Shown here: positions 19,580-27,793 of the stretch, piece by piece
How the letters are laid out: every line of letters begins with the position of its first letter
How positions within the stretch are numbered: the stretch's first letter is position 1
Source: Saprospiraceae bacterium
Lineage (GTDB): Bacteria; Bacteroidota; Bacteroidia; Chitinophagales; Saprospiraceae
Reading direction: 5' to 3'
Assembly (NCBI GenBank): GCA_028285085.1
Contig: JANQQI010000106.1
Location: forward strand, 2,224 to 66,223
Length of the DNA stretch: 64,000 bases
Notes under the pieces: model-generated
The model's database searches: none
Told to the model about the DNA's origin: nothing
The model's input: only the letters and a program-made list of their open reading frames with translations
Made by a program: the position numbers and the translations under genes

Positions 19580-21085
19580 TTAAAACTTAAAACCGATTGT
19601 CATCAAAATCCGATCGTTATCTACCGAATTATTGACGAGTTGTTGTTTACTCAAGTCGGCCGTTGCGTAGGGAATATATCCAGAATCTATGGTGGTACGG
19701 CGATAGGCCAGATCGATATAAAACGACTGTTCTCTAACGCCTATTCCCAAACTAAACGTTCGATTACTCAAATCATTATCAGCATAAGGTGTGCCAGTTA
19801 TCCCATATCCAGCTCGAAAACGTAATTTTCTGTAAGCATATTCTCCTCCTAAACGGATATTCACCGCAGAAGTGAACAAATCTTCAATTTCTTCATTCAG
19901 ATCGTCTTGATACACTTTGTCTTCGATATTGCTACTATTAGCCGTGAGATTGAAACTAGAAGCGCTATAATCTACCCATTCCACCTCAGCGGTCAAGAAG
20001 CCTCTCCGTTGAATAATAATACCAAGGCTACCTTGGTAGCGCCATGGGTTACGAAAACGATACTCAAATGTGCCTTCAGGAGATTCATCACTAAACAATT
20101 GCGAGCCTCCCGCTTGTGTCGTAAAACCATAATCCATTGAGGTAGAAAAATTATCGGTCAAACTAAACGCTGTGGGCGTATGTACCGCGAGTCCCATACG
20201 GACCATTTGGTTGAAACGATAAATCATTCCCAGCTTGAGGTTAATCCCAATCCCGGAGGTCGTCAAATCCTCCCGGAATTCCAACTCATCAAAGAAATCA
20301 ATTTCATCGTCCTCATCCGTTTCACGGTATACCTTTTCTTCGCGGAAATTGATAAATGGAATGCCCAGGGTTGCTCCGATCATTAACTTTTCTTCGTAGT
20401 TGCCCGCGAAGGTGAAAATGAGTTCATTTATAGCGCCGGAGGTTCTGACATCTTGTTCTTTTTGGACCAATGGGTTTCCCTCAAAGTCATTCCCCCAGAA
20501 GTAGATATTATCGTTGGGGATGTCGTCCAAATCGAAGATCGCACCAGTATTGAAAGCCAGGCCAGCTTCGAAGGCGTCCAAATCTTCGGGGGCTAGGCCG
20601 TTACCATTGGGATCATTAGCCAGCTCCGCAAAGCGATCAGCATATGAGCCTGCAGATTTGCCAGAGTAATAAAAATGCTGATTGAAGTTAGCGACCTGAT
20701 TCATCCCGATGCCTACATTAAAGGTCCGCCAGCGGGAGGCAATCGGGCGTGTTGCCATCACAATTCCAACATTACCGAAGGTAAAACGATTGCGGCTTTC
20801 ATTGAAGGAGGAGGCATTATCACCTTCCAGCGTAGAATTCGTTTGTGCGGTGAAAAAGCCCGGCGTAAACATAAATTCGGAACGACGAAAAGTCGCTAAG
20901 CCTGCAGGATTACTACTCAGTACCGAAAAGTCAGCCCCGAGAGCCCCCAGCCCTCCACCGACACCCGCTGCTCGAGCGGTACTGTTGACTTCCAGCAAAG
21001 AATACCGAAGGGCATCTGCACTGGTCTGTGCCATAGTGGCTATTGAAAACAGGCTGAGCAAACAGCCTAAAATGTATTGTCTCAT
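19580..21085 (-). CDS. Outer-membrane beta-barrel protein (FadL/OmpP1-like family)
   Basis: A signal peptide is followed by 'SADALRYS...ARAAGVGGGLGALGADFSVLSSNPAGLA', a motif typical of Bacteroidota FadL-like barrels. The sequence has an alternating beta pattern and ends in '...ILMTIGFKF' with a terminal aromatic residue. Confidence 0.65.
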   Translation of the reverse strand: MRQYILGCLLSLFSIATMAQTSADALRYSLLEVNSTARAAGVGGGLGALGADFSVLSSNPAGLATFRRSEFMFTPGFFTAQTNSTLEGDNASSFNESRNRFTFGNVGIVMATRPIASRWRTFNVGIGMNQVANFNQHFYYSGKSAGSYADRFAELANDPNGNGLAPEDLDAFEAGLAFNTGAIFDLDDIPNDNIYFWGNDFEGNPLVQKEQDVRTSGAINELIFTFAGNYEEKLMIGATLGIPFINFREEKVYRETDEDDEIDFFDELEFREDLTTSGIGINLKLGMIYRFNQMVRMGLAVHTPTAFSLTDNFSTSMDYGFTTQAGGSQLFSDESPEGTFEYRFRNPWRYQGSLGIIIQRRGFLTAEVEWVDYSASSFNLTANSSNIEDKVYQDDLNEEIEDLFTSAVNIRLGGEYAYRKLRFRAGYGITGTPYADNDLSNRTFSLGIGVREQSFYIDLAYRRTTIDSGYIPYATADLSKQQLVNNSVDNDRILMTIGFKF

Positions 21086-21202
21086 AAACTATGATGGGTT
21101 AGGAAGATTCAAGAAATAGCTCCGCCGAGCGAACTCACCCTCAAAGGTAATACGCAATAAGACATTTTACGACAGGTTGAAAGGAATTGCGACAGGCGGT
21201 AT

Positions 21203-21243
21203 AAAAAAGTGGGTGGACATTAGTTCTACCAGCCCACCCACTT
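21203..21243 (-). terminator. Rho-independent terminator after the low-complexity gene
   Basis: The 10-bp stem pairs AAGTGGGTGG (21207-21216) with CCACCCACTT (21234-21243). On the minus strand a T6 run follows it (A-run 21203-21208 on plus). Confidence 0.65.
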
Positions 21244-21271
21244 TTCATTTATATATCAATGTGGTTTTCGA

Positions 21272-22519
21272 TTACCGTGGTCCGCGTCGGCTAGAGCGAC
21301 TGCTGCGGCTACTACTTCCGCTGGAGCGAGAGCGGCTACTGCTGCGCGTACTGCTTCCGCTGGAGCGGGAACGACTGCTACTGCGTGTGCTGCTACCGCG
21401 ACTGCGGTTACTTCGGCTGCTGCTGCGTGTACTGCTGCGGCTGCGGTTTGAACGACCACTATCGTAGCTACGGCTACGGTTGCTGCGACTTGGCTTAGTT
21501 GATGAGCCACGTCGGCTGCTATTGCGATCGATATCACGTGATCTGCTGTTGCTATTGCGGCGTGCATCTCTTGTGCGCGTATTACGTTTAGTTTTGTCAA
21601 CATCGGTACGCGTGGAACGATTACGATCAACGGTAGATTGACGTGTAGTCGTTTCTCGTGTGCGAGTAGAACGATCTGCATCGTAAACATCACGAGCGAC
21701 ACGTGTCTCTTTAGTCTGCTCACGAGTCGGACTAGTACGCCGTACTGATGAGCCATCTACCTTCGAGCGTGTTACGTCGCGAGGAGATTGTGTATTGAGT
21801 GCCCGTTGACGTGGTGAAGTATTCGCAGTGGTTCCTGTACCTCGTCGGCGCGACCCATAGTAGATCTCCGTATCGTTGGAGCCATAAGTGGTATTGGTAA
21901 AGAAATAAGGATTATTCCAGGACGGTGGGCAGTAAGCATTGTAGCCGCCGAAGCCTCCGCCAAATCCAGCACCACCAAATCCGGGACCGTAGCCGAAGTT
22001 GTTGTAACCAAATGGATCATTGAATCCACCACCGAAGTAATTATTGGTGATGAAGACATTGTTGTTGCCGTAGAATCCGCCACCGAAACCATTCCATCTG
22101 TTCCAGCGATTCCAACGGTTCCATCTGTTCCAACGATTCCATCTGTTCCAGCGATTGAAACCCCAAGAGTTGTAAATAAAGACATTTGCTCCGGGTGTAA
22201 AGAATGGATCGTAATAGGCGGCACTAACATAAACCGGATCAAAGAAACCAAATCCATAGTAGGGACGGTGAAAACGACGGATACGAGACGTGTAATAGTA
22301 GTCATAATCATCATCATCTACTTCGTAGCTGTTGCTGTATTCGTACTCATCGTCGTCGTAGCCATATTCGTCGTCGTCATAAGAGTCGGACGAACCGTAG
22401 TAGTAGTCGCTATCCGTATCGGGATTGTAGTACAAATCATCGTACTGGGCTTGTGCCGTCATCCCGAACGCCATCACAAAGAGGGCGACTAAAAGGCTAG
22501 AAACATTATATCTTTTCAT
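21272..22519 (-). CDS. Secreted low-complexity protein (Asp/Tyr block, NRW repeat, Gly/aromatic block, Arg/Ser/Thr tail)
   Basis: The signal peptide is 'MKRYNVSSLLVALFVMAFGMTAQAQ'. An open 415-codon frame persists through several low-complexity blocks. Codon usage within the repeats varies synonymously, which argues for real coding. Confidence 0.7.
   Translation of the reverse strand: MKRYNVSSLLVALFVMAFGMTAQAQYDDLYYNPDTDSDYYYGSSDSYDDDEYGYDDDEYEYSNSYEVDDDDYDYYYTSRIRRFHRPYYGFGFFDPVYVSAAYYDPFFTPGANVFIYNSWGFNRWNRWNRWNRWNRWNRWNRWNGFGGGFYGNNNVFITNNYFGGGFNDPFGYNNFGYGPGFGGAGFGGGFGGYNAYCPPSWNNPYFFTNTTYGSNDTEIYYGSRRRGTGTTANTSPRQRALNTQSPRDVTRSKVDGSSVRRTSPTREQTKETRVARDVYDADRSTRTRETTTRQSTVDRNRSTRTDVDKTKRNTRTRDARRNSNSRSRDIDRNSSRRGSSTKPSRSNRSRSYDSGRSNRSRSSTRSSSRSNRSRGSSTRSSSRSRSSGSSTRSSSRSRSSGSSSRSSRSSRRGPR
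21296..21470 (-). repeat. Imperfect 39-bp tandem repeats encoding the Ser/Arg tail (unit about GSSTRSSSRSRSS)
   Basis: 'cttccgctggagcg..gcggctactgctgcgcgtactg' starts at 21316 and recurs at 21355, giving a 39-bp period. Degenerate copies flank both occurrences. Confidence 0.7.
22094..22156 (-). repeat. Seven tandem 9-bp units encoding (Asn-Arg-Trp)x7
   Basis: On the plus strand the units read cca-tct-gtt / cca-gcg-att / cca-acg-gtt / cca-tct-gtt / cca-acg-att / cca-tct-gtt / cca-gcg-att. On the minus strand these are AAY-(CGN/AGA)-TGG codons. Confidence 0.9.
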
Positions 22520-22817
22520 AAGCAGGAATTTGAAACGTAATTACTGTGACTCTCTTACAAGTTACTATTGCGTAAGTTATTACTTTTAGCGTTCACTTTT
22601 AGTTAATAATGTATTAAAAGTCAGATTTGTTGACCCATATTTGTGTTAAACCTCTCTAAATGTCTTCATTCTTCTGACTAAATTTTCCTCATGTCGTCAC
22701 TTCTGTCGACTTTAAAGGCTTGTTAAAGTATTTTCGGATGCTTAACACTAGCAATAACTTTATAGGGCAAAAGCGTTGCCGAGTGGAATTTTTATCCCCA
22801 CTTTTTTATAAAAAATT

Positions 22818-23894
22818 TTAAAAAAGATCATCCAAGCGTTGTTTGCTAATGGCTTGCATAGCCATAGCTCCAAGGCCTTTTACGGCTTGATCCAAATGGG
22901 CAAAGCGTGGGTCTTGGGTATGCCCTTTTTGGTAGCGATAGTAGATTTGTTGGACGATAACAATGACTTTGAATAAGCCATAAACATAGTAAAAAATCGG
23001 ATGGTCGAGTGCTTGTCCGGAGCGGCTTTCATACTGCGCGACGAGCTCGCTCCGGCTTGGATTACCGGGCAAACTGGTGGGGCTCAACGCCAGCGCATGC
23101 AGCCAGGGTGGATCGTCCTGGTTGACCCAGTAGCCCAGGCTGGTACCGAGGTCCATCAGGGGATCTCCAATCGTAGACATTTCCCAATCTAAAATGGCTT
23201 TAACTTGGGTCCAATCCTGCGCATTTAACACCAAATTGTCGTATTTGAAATCGTTGTGAATAAGAGCGGAACTATATTGCCTAGGTTGATGGGTGGCGAG
23301 CCACTTTGCGGCTTGCTCAACCATCGGAAAATCGTGGGTTTTGGCTGCAAAATAACGCTTCGTCCACCCCTGAATTTGACGTTCCAGATAGCCTTCTGGT
23401 CGCCCCAGATCACCCAGCCCGGCGGCTTGATAATCGACTTGGTGGAGGGCCACTAAATTGTCCACTAAAGCTTGGGCAATACCAGTCATTAAGGTTGGAG
23501 CAGGTTGCTGCTCAGCTGGCATTTTCGCACGAAGAATGACGCCTTGTACCCGTTCCATAAGATAAAATGGCGCCCCGATAATGCTATCATCTTCAGTATA
23601 TAAATAAGTTGTTGGAACCTTATCGAAAACAGGTTTAAGTTGACTTAAAATGCGGTATTCACGGCCCATGTCATGAGCCGTTTTGACCTTCGATCCGTAA
23701 GGCGGGCGTCGAAGAACAAACTCCTGCTCACCTGCGCTCAGCAGATAAGTCAAATTAGAAAAACCGCTCGGAAATTGTGCGATTTCAAGTGGTGCTTTTA
23801 AGCCAAGTTCTGCCTGAAGGAAAGCTTCTAATTGTTCGGTGGGGAGTTCTTCTCCCGGCCTGATATTGTGGGCCTGATCCGTAAAATTTGTCAT
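22818..23894 (-). CDS. Phosphotransferase (APH/choline-kinase-like) family protein
   Basis: 'FSNLTYLL...FVLRRPP' is the nucleotide-binding part. 'LIHNDFKYDNLVL' is the Brenner catalytic motif HxDxxxxN, and 'ILDWEMSTIGDPLMDLG' is the DxE/D metal-binding part. The gene is adjacent to an acyl-CoA dehydrogenase. Confidence 0.85.
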   Translation of the reverse strand: MTNFTDQAHNIRPGEELPTEQLEAFLQAELGLKAPLEIAQFPSGFSNLTYLLSAGEQEFVLRRPPYGSKVKTAHDMGREYRILSQLKPVFDKVPTTYLYTEDDSIIGAPFYLMERVQGVILRAKMPAEQQPAPTLMTGIAQALVDNLVALHQVDYQAAGLGDLGRPEGYLERQIQGWTKRYFAAKTHDFPMVEQAAKWLATHQPRQYSSALIHNDFKYDNLVLNAQDWTQVKAILDWEMSTIGDPLMDLGTSLGYWVNQDDPPWLHALALSPTSLPGNPSRSELVAQYESRSGQALDHPIFYYVYGLFKVIVIVQQIYYRYQKGHTQDPRFAHLDQAVKGLGAMAMQAISKQRLDDLF

Positions 23895-23906
23895 GATGAC
23901 TTCGTA

Positions 23907-25100
23907 TTATTTGGGACGATAGGCTTTTAAAATCTCACGGGCAACACGACTTTTGTGGACCTCATCGGGGCCATCATAAATTCGGGCACCGCGTTCGTGT
24001 CGATACCAATAGGCTAGGACCGTATCGTCGGTAATCCCCAGCGCGCCATGGACTTGAATCGCCCGGTCTAGCACTTGTTGGAGCACCTGAGCGCAATAGA
24101 ACTTTATAGTTGAAATTTCAACGCGAGCCGCGTATTGGCCTTGCTCATCGATTTTGCGCGCGGCGTCAAGCACGAGCAGGCGCGCGGCGTTAATCGATGC
24201 CCGTGATTCGGCAATCCAATTTTGGATCGTTTGCTTTTGGGCTAAGGGCTTACCGGGCGCTAATTCACGACTCACGGCACGCTGGCACATGAGTCCAAAG
24301 GCGCGCTCGCAGATGCCTAGCCAGCGCATGCAATGGTGGATTCGGCCAGGGCCAAGGCGTTTCTGAGCAATGGCAAAGCCACTACCCGCACCGCCCAGCA
24401 AATTACCTTTGGGGACCCGGACATTAGTATAACGGAGTTCCGCGTGACTCATATAACCCGAACCACTTTCGCCCATAATTGGAATGTTACGGACCAGCTC
24501 GAAGCCTGAAGTATCAGTTGGTACAATAATCTGACTCGCACGTTGGTAAGGACTTTCTGCGTCTGGATCGGTAATGCACATCACGATCGCAAAAGCCGCC
24601 CCATCGGCTGCAGTTGTAAACCACTTGTGTCCATTGATGAGGTAGTCTTGGCCATCTAACTGAGCGGTGGTGCCCATTCGGACGGGATTAGAACCTGCCA
24701 ATTCCGGTTCTGTCATGGAAAAACAAGACCGAATCTCACCGGCCAGTAAAGGGCGCAAATAGCGATCTTGCTGTTCCTTGGTGCCGTATTCAACCAGAAT
24801 TTCCATATTGCCGGCATCGGGTGCCTGACAATTGAAGCAATAATGCCCAAAAGGGCTCTGACCAAGCAACGCACTCAGCTGACCGAAGTCGTGGTGTGAA
24901 AGCCCCATGCCCCCCCATTCCTGGTGAATTTGGGGTGTCCACCACCCCTGGTTTTTTACGTCTTGGCGGATGGTTGCCAAACGTGCTTCAATCACAGACC
25001 ATTCCTTGTCTAAGAGTTCGGTATCCAAAGGGAGGAGTGTCTCTTGTACAAAGGCATTAACATCGGCCAGAATTTTAGGGAGAGAATTCGTATCAATCAT
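23907..25100 (-). CDS. Acyl-CoA dehydrogenase family protein
   Basis: The 397-aa protein has 'CFSMTEPELAGSNP', 'INGHKWFTT' and 'QVHGALGITDDTVLAYWYRHERGARIYDGPDEVH', which are canonical ACAD segments. Confidence 0.9.
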   Translation of the reverse strand: MIDTNSLPKILADVNAFVQETLLPLDTELLDKEWSVIEARLATIRQDVKNQGWWTPQIHQEWGGMGLSHHDFGQLSALLGQSPFGHYCFNCQAPDAGNMEILVEYGTKEQQDRYLRPLLAGEIRSCFSMTEPELAGSNPVRMGTTAQLDGQDYLINGHKWFTTAADGAAFAIVMCITDPDAESPYQRASQIIVPTDTSGFELVRNIPIMGESGSGYMSHAELRYTNVRVPKGNLLGGAGSGFAIAQKRLGPGRIHHCMRWLGICERAFGLMCQRAVSRELAPGKPLAQKQTIQNWIAESRASINAARLLVLDAARKIDEQGQYAARVEISTIKFYCAQVLQQVLDRAIQVHGALGITDDTVLAYWYRHERGARIYDGPDEVHKSRVAREILKAYRPK

Positions 25101-25137
25101 AATATTTGTAGCAAATATTGAATTTTCGAAGTAAAAC

Positions 25138-25932
25138 TTAACCGGCGATCATGTGGCCGCCGTCGGCGGTGAAAACGGCGCCGGTGCAATAGCTTGATGC
25201 TTCGGAAGCCAAGAAAACGGCCAAGCCGGCCATCTCATCGGGCAATGCCATGCGCCCGGCAGGGAGATGCTGTTCCATCTGGTGGAGTAGGGCATCATTC
25301 TGCCAGATCGCAGCGCTAAATTTGGTTTTAACTAAGCCCGGGCACACCGCATTCGAACGGATGCCATCACTGCCCCATTCTTTTGCCTGGTTTTTGGTGA
25401 GCATCACCAAGGCTGCCTTGCTTACGCTATAAAGTCCTAAGCCATAAGAAGGTTTAAGCGCTTCGACTGACGCAATATTGATAATAGAGCCACCGCCGCG
25501 GGATTTCATAATCGGATGCACCAGATTGCTAAGCAAAAAGGGCGCTTTGAGATTGACATTCATGATCTTATCGAAAACATCACCGTCTGATTCTGCAATA
25601 GGACCAAATACAGGATTAGTCGCTGCGTTATTGATCAAGATATCAATGCCACCGTATTTATCGACCGTTTGTTGGACGAGGGCTTGAAGTTGATCCGTAT
25701 GACCTACATGACAGGCAATACCACTGGCTTCGAGTCCATCCGCTTGCAAAGCTTCCGCGACTATATCTACAGCTTCTTGTCGTCGACTACTGATGATGAC
25801 TTTGGCTCCAAATTCGGCGAGGCCTCTCGCCATGCGTTCGCCAATGCCTTTACTGGCGCCGGTGATCAAAGCGACTTTTCCGGTAAGATCAAAAAGGAGT
25901 TGCTTGTTTAGTTTTTCGCTTGGTGCGGGCAT
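25138..25932 (-). CDS. Short-chain dehydrogenase/reductase (classical SDR)
   Basis: It has 'ALITGASKGIG' (TGxxxGxG), 'NNAA', and the catalytic 'YSVSKAA' (YxxxK). Confidence 0.9.
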   Translation of the reverse strand: MPAPSEKLNKQLLFDLTGKVALITGASKGIGERMARGLAEFGAKVIISSRRQEAVDIVAEALQADGLEASGIACHVGHTDQLQALVQQTVDKYGGIDILINNAATNPVFGPIAESDGDVFDKIMNVNLKAPFLLSNLVHPIMKSRGGGSIINIASVEALKPSYGLGLYSVSKAALVMLTKNQAKEWGSDGIRSNAVCPGLVKTKFSAAIWQNDALLHQMEQHLPAGRMALPDEMAGLAVFLASEASSYCTGAVFTADGGHMIAG

Positions 25933-26224
25933 AATTAGAGCTTTTCAACATGATACGCATTTTTTTGCGGACTCTTATTCCGTTTAAAAGAATTCGTGGA
26001 TTTTTCTGTAGAGTGAAATTAAAGCCTACTGGCCACGCAACGCTGGGCTATGAAAGGCTGGTATATTTAGTTAGTTCGGGTTGTGATTAATTTTAAAAAT
26101 AGATGACTCATCCAGAGTGTATTGCGGCATCAATGATGTTCTACAAAATGCACTTCACATTCTCTTATCAATCGCAATTTGGGTGTGTTAAAAATCCGCT
26201 TATCTCATTTTAAAACAGAATAAA

Positions 26225-27025
26225 ATGAAACTAAATTTACTCCTCCTGTTACTCATTTTTTCATCACCTCTTTTTTCCCAAGATTTTAATCTACTCTACG
26301 ATGATGCTCAGGGCGATCCCTCTGTAAACGGTATTGCCGACATTAAATCTGTGTCTTATGCTATCGACGAAGCTGCGGATAGCATATGGTTTAAAGTCGA
26401 ATTTTATAATAGTATCGCTGGTGATCTTGGGATCGTCTATGGGATTGATACGGATTTGACTCCAGGCAATGGTCTGGAGTGGAACAGCAGTAACAATTCA
26501 AGCTTGAAACCAGAAGTTGTCTTCACTGTTAATCGCAATTTCATTGCCCCGGAGACGATCTATGGTTTTTCAAATATCACGCTGGACTATACTTCTTACG
26601 AAGGCGAAACGGACAGTGTAATGATTACCAACTTGACCCTTTCTCAGTTAGATGAAGATGGCAAATTTAACTTTGTCCTGGGCACGAGTGGGTTCGATGC
26701 GGATGTCAATAACCGAACAATTTTTGATGATGCTCCGGAGTCCACTTTCCTCACGGTTGATGTCACTACCTCCGTGGAGGATATTAATGGCTTGATGGAT
26801 ACCCCTAAGTTTTATCCTAACCCTGGCCGTAATCAAGTTGAATTGACACAACTACCAAATTCTTTACAGCTGATCTGCTATGATCAATGGGGGCGGGAGT
26901 GGCAAAAGCTAAGTATAAGCACTACCACTTTTACTCTCGATACTTCTTCTTGGCCAGAGGGGATGTATTATTTTAAAATTATAAGTGATGGCCAATCGAA
27001 CGTGGAAAGCTGGATAAAACAATAG
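26225..27025 (+). CDS. Secreted hypothetical protein with T9SS C-terminal sorting domain
   Basis: The signal peptide is 'MKLNLLLLLLIFSSPLFSQ'. The C-terminus reads 'KFYPNPGRNQVELTQ...GMYYFKIISDG'. Confidence 0.7.
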   Translation: MKLNLLLLLLIFSSPLFSQDFNLLYDDAQGDPSVNGIADIKSVSYAIDEAADSIWFKVEFYNSIAGDLGIVYGIDTDLTPGNGLEWNSSNNSSLKPEVVFTVNRNFIAPETIYGFSNITLDYTSYEGETDSVMITNLTLSQLDEDGKFNFVLGTSGFDADVNNRTIFDDAPESTFLTVDVTTSVEDINGLMDTPKFYPNPGRNQVELTQLPNSLQLICYDQWGREWQKLSISTTTFTLDTSSWPEGMYYFKIISDGQSNVESWIKQ

Positions 27026-27030
27026 TGGTA

Positions 27031-27780
27031 TCAAGCGGCACGGCTAGGCCATGCTCGTGGTGAAGGTGTTAATTTGTCTTTCCAGCGCATCTGATGTGCA
27101 CTATTTTGGAGGACAAAGGCATGGTCGAATTTGATACTTCCCAGCGGAAATCGTCGAGGATCGTCAAAATAAGTGCTTTGGAGTTGCTGGACGCTTAACG
27201 TATTGACGGTCCAATCGGCCATTTCCAGCCCCATGCCGATAAAGTCTTGGCCATTAGCAGTAGGTGTGTAACCGATAGTTTCCTGTTCAAAAAAGTCAGT
27301 TGCATTAGCCTGACAATCAAAGCATTTGCCAGTCCATTTTTCTGTACTCAACTGAGCATTCAGGACTAGTTTTGTACCGTCTCTGTGGCTAGCCTGGATC
27401 TTAAATTGGTTATCGTTTTCGTTAACTTCAAAGCGACTCCAATATTGGCGTGTCGGCATGAGCCAGCCGGAAGTCCAAGCCAGTAATGGTGAAGAGGTAT
27501 CGCGCCGAAGGATGAATGCACCACGTTTGGTCTGATGACCTTCGTCCCATTCTACGGCAAAGCGATAAGCAATGTTTTCGGCTTGGATGCCTAGCAGGGC
27601 TGGCCAGCCCCGGGGTCGGGTCTGACGAAGACGAATTAGGCAGAGGCCACCGATCGCTGAGCCATTGATGCAGTGGGGGCGAAAAGGGGCTGGAAGAATA
27701 CATTGCAGATACTGTGGATCAATTCGATAGTTGACTAAGATTCGGCGGTCGACGTGGCCACAAAAATCTAACATTTTCAT
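27031..27780 (-). CDS. DUF2071-like (acetoacetate-decarboxylase-like fold) protein
   Basis: 'ILVNYRIDPQYLQCILPAPFRP...INGSAIGGLCLIRL' resembles the DUF2071 N-terminal signature. It is the last gene of a three-gene operon. Confidence 0.65.
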   Translation of the reverse strand: MKMLDFCGHVDRRILVNYRIDPQYLQCILPAPFRPHCINGSAIGGLCLIRLRQTRPRGWPALLGIQAENIAYRFAVEWDEGHQTKRGAFILRRDTSSPLLAWTSGWLMPTRQYWSRFEVNENDNQFKIQASHRDGTKLVLNAQLSTEKWTGKCFDCQANATDFFEQETIGYTPTANGQDFIGMGLEMADWTVNTLSVQQLQSTYFDDPRRFPLGSIKFDHAFVLQNSAHQMRWKDKLTPSPRAWPSRAA

Positions 27781-27793
27781 AGGTTTAGTGATT

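Noticed and set aside
21177-22492. Long alternative-frame ORFs over the low-complexity gene (21177..21467 +, 21256..21756 -, 21772..22317 -, 22268..22492 +).
   Set aside because: The low-complexity repeats keep several frames open. Only the 21272..22519 frame has a signal peptide, an ATG start and a downstream terminator.
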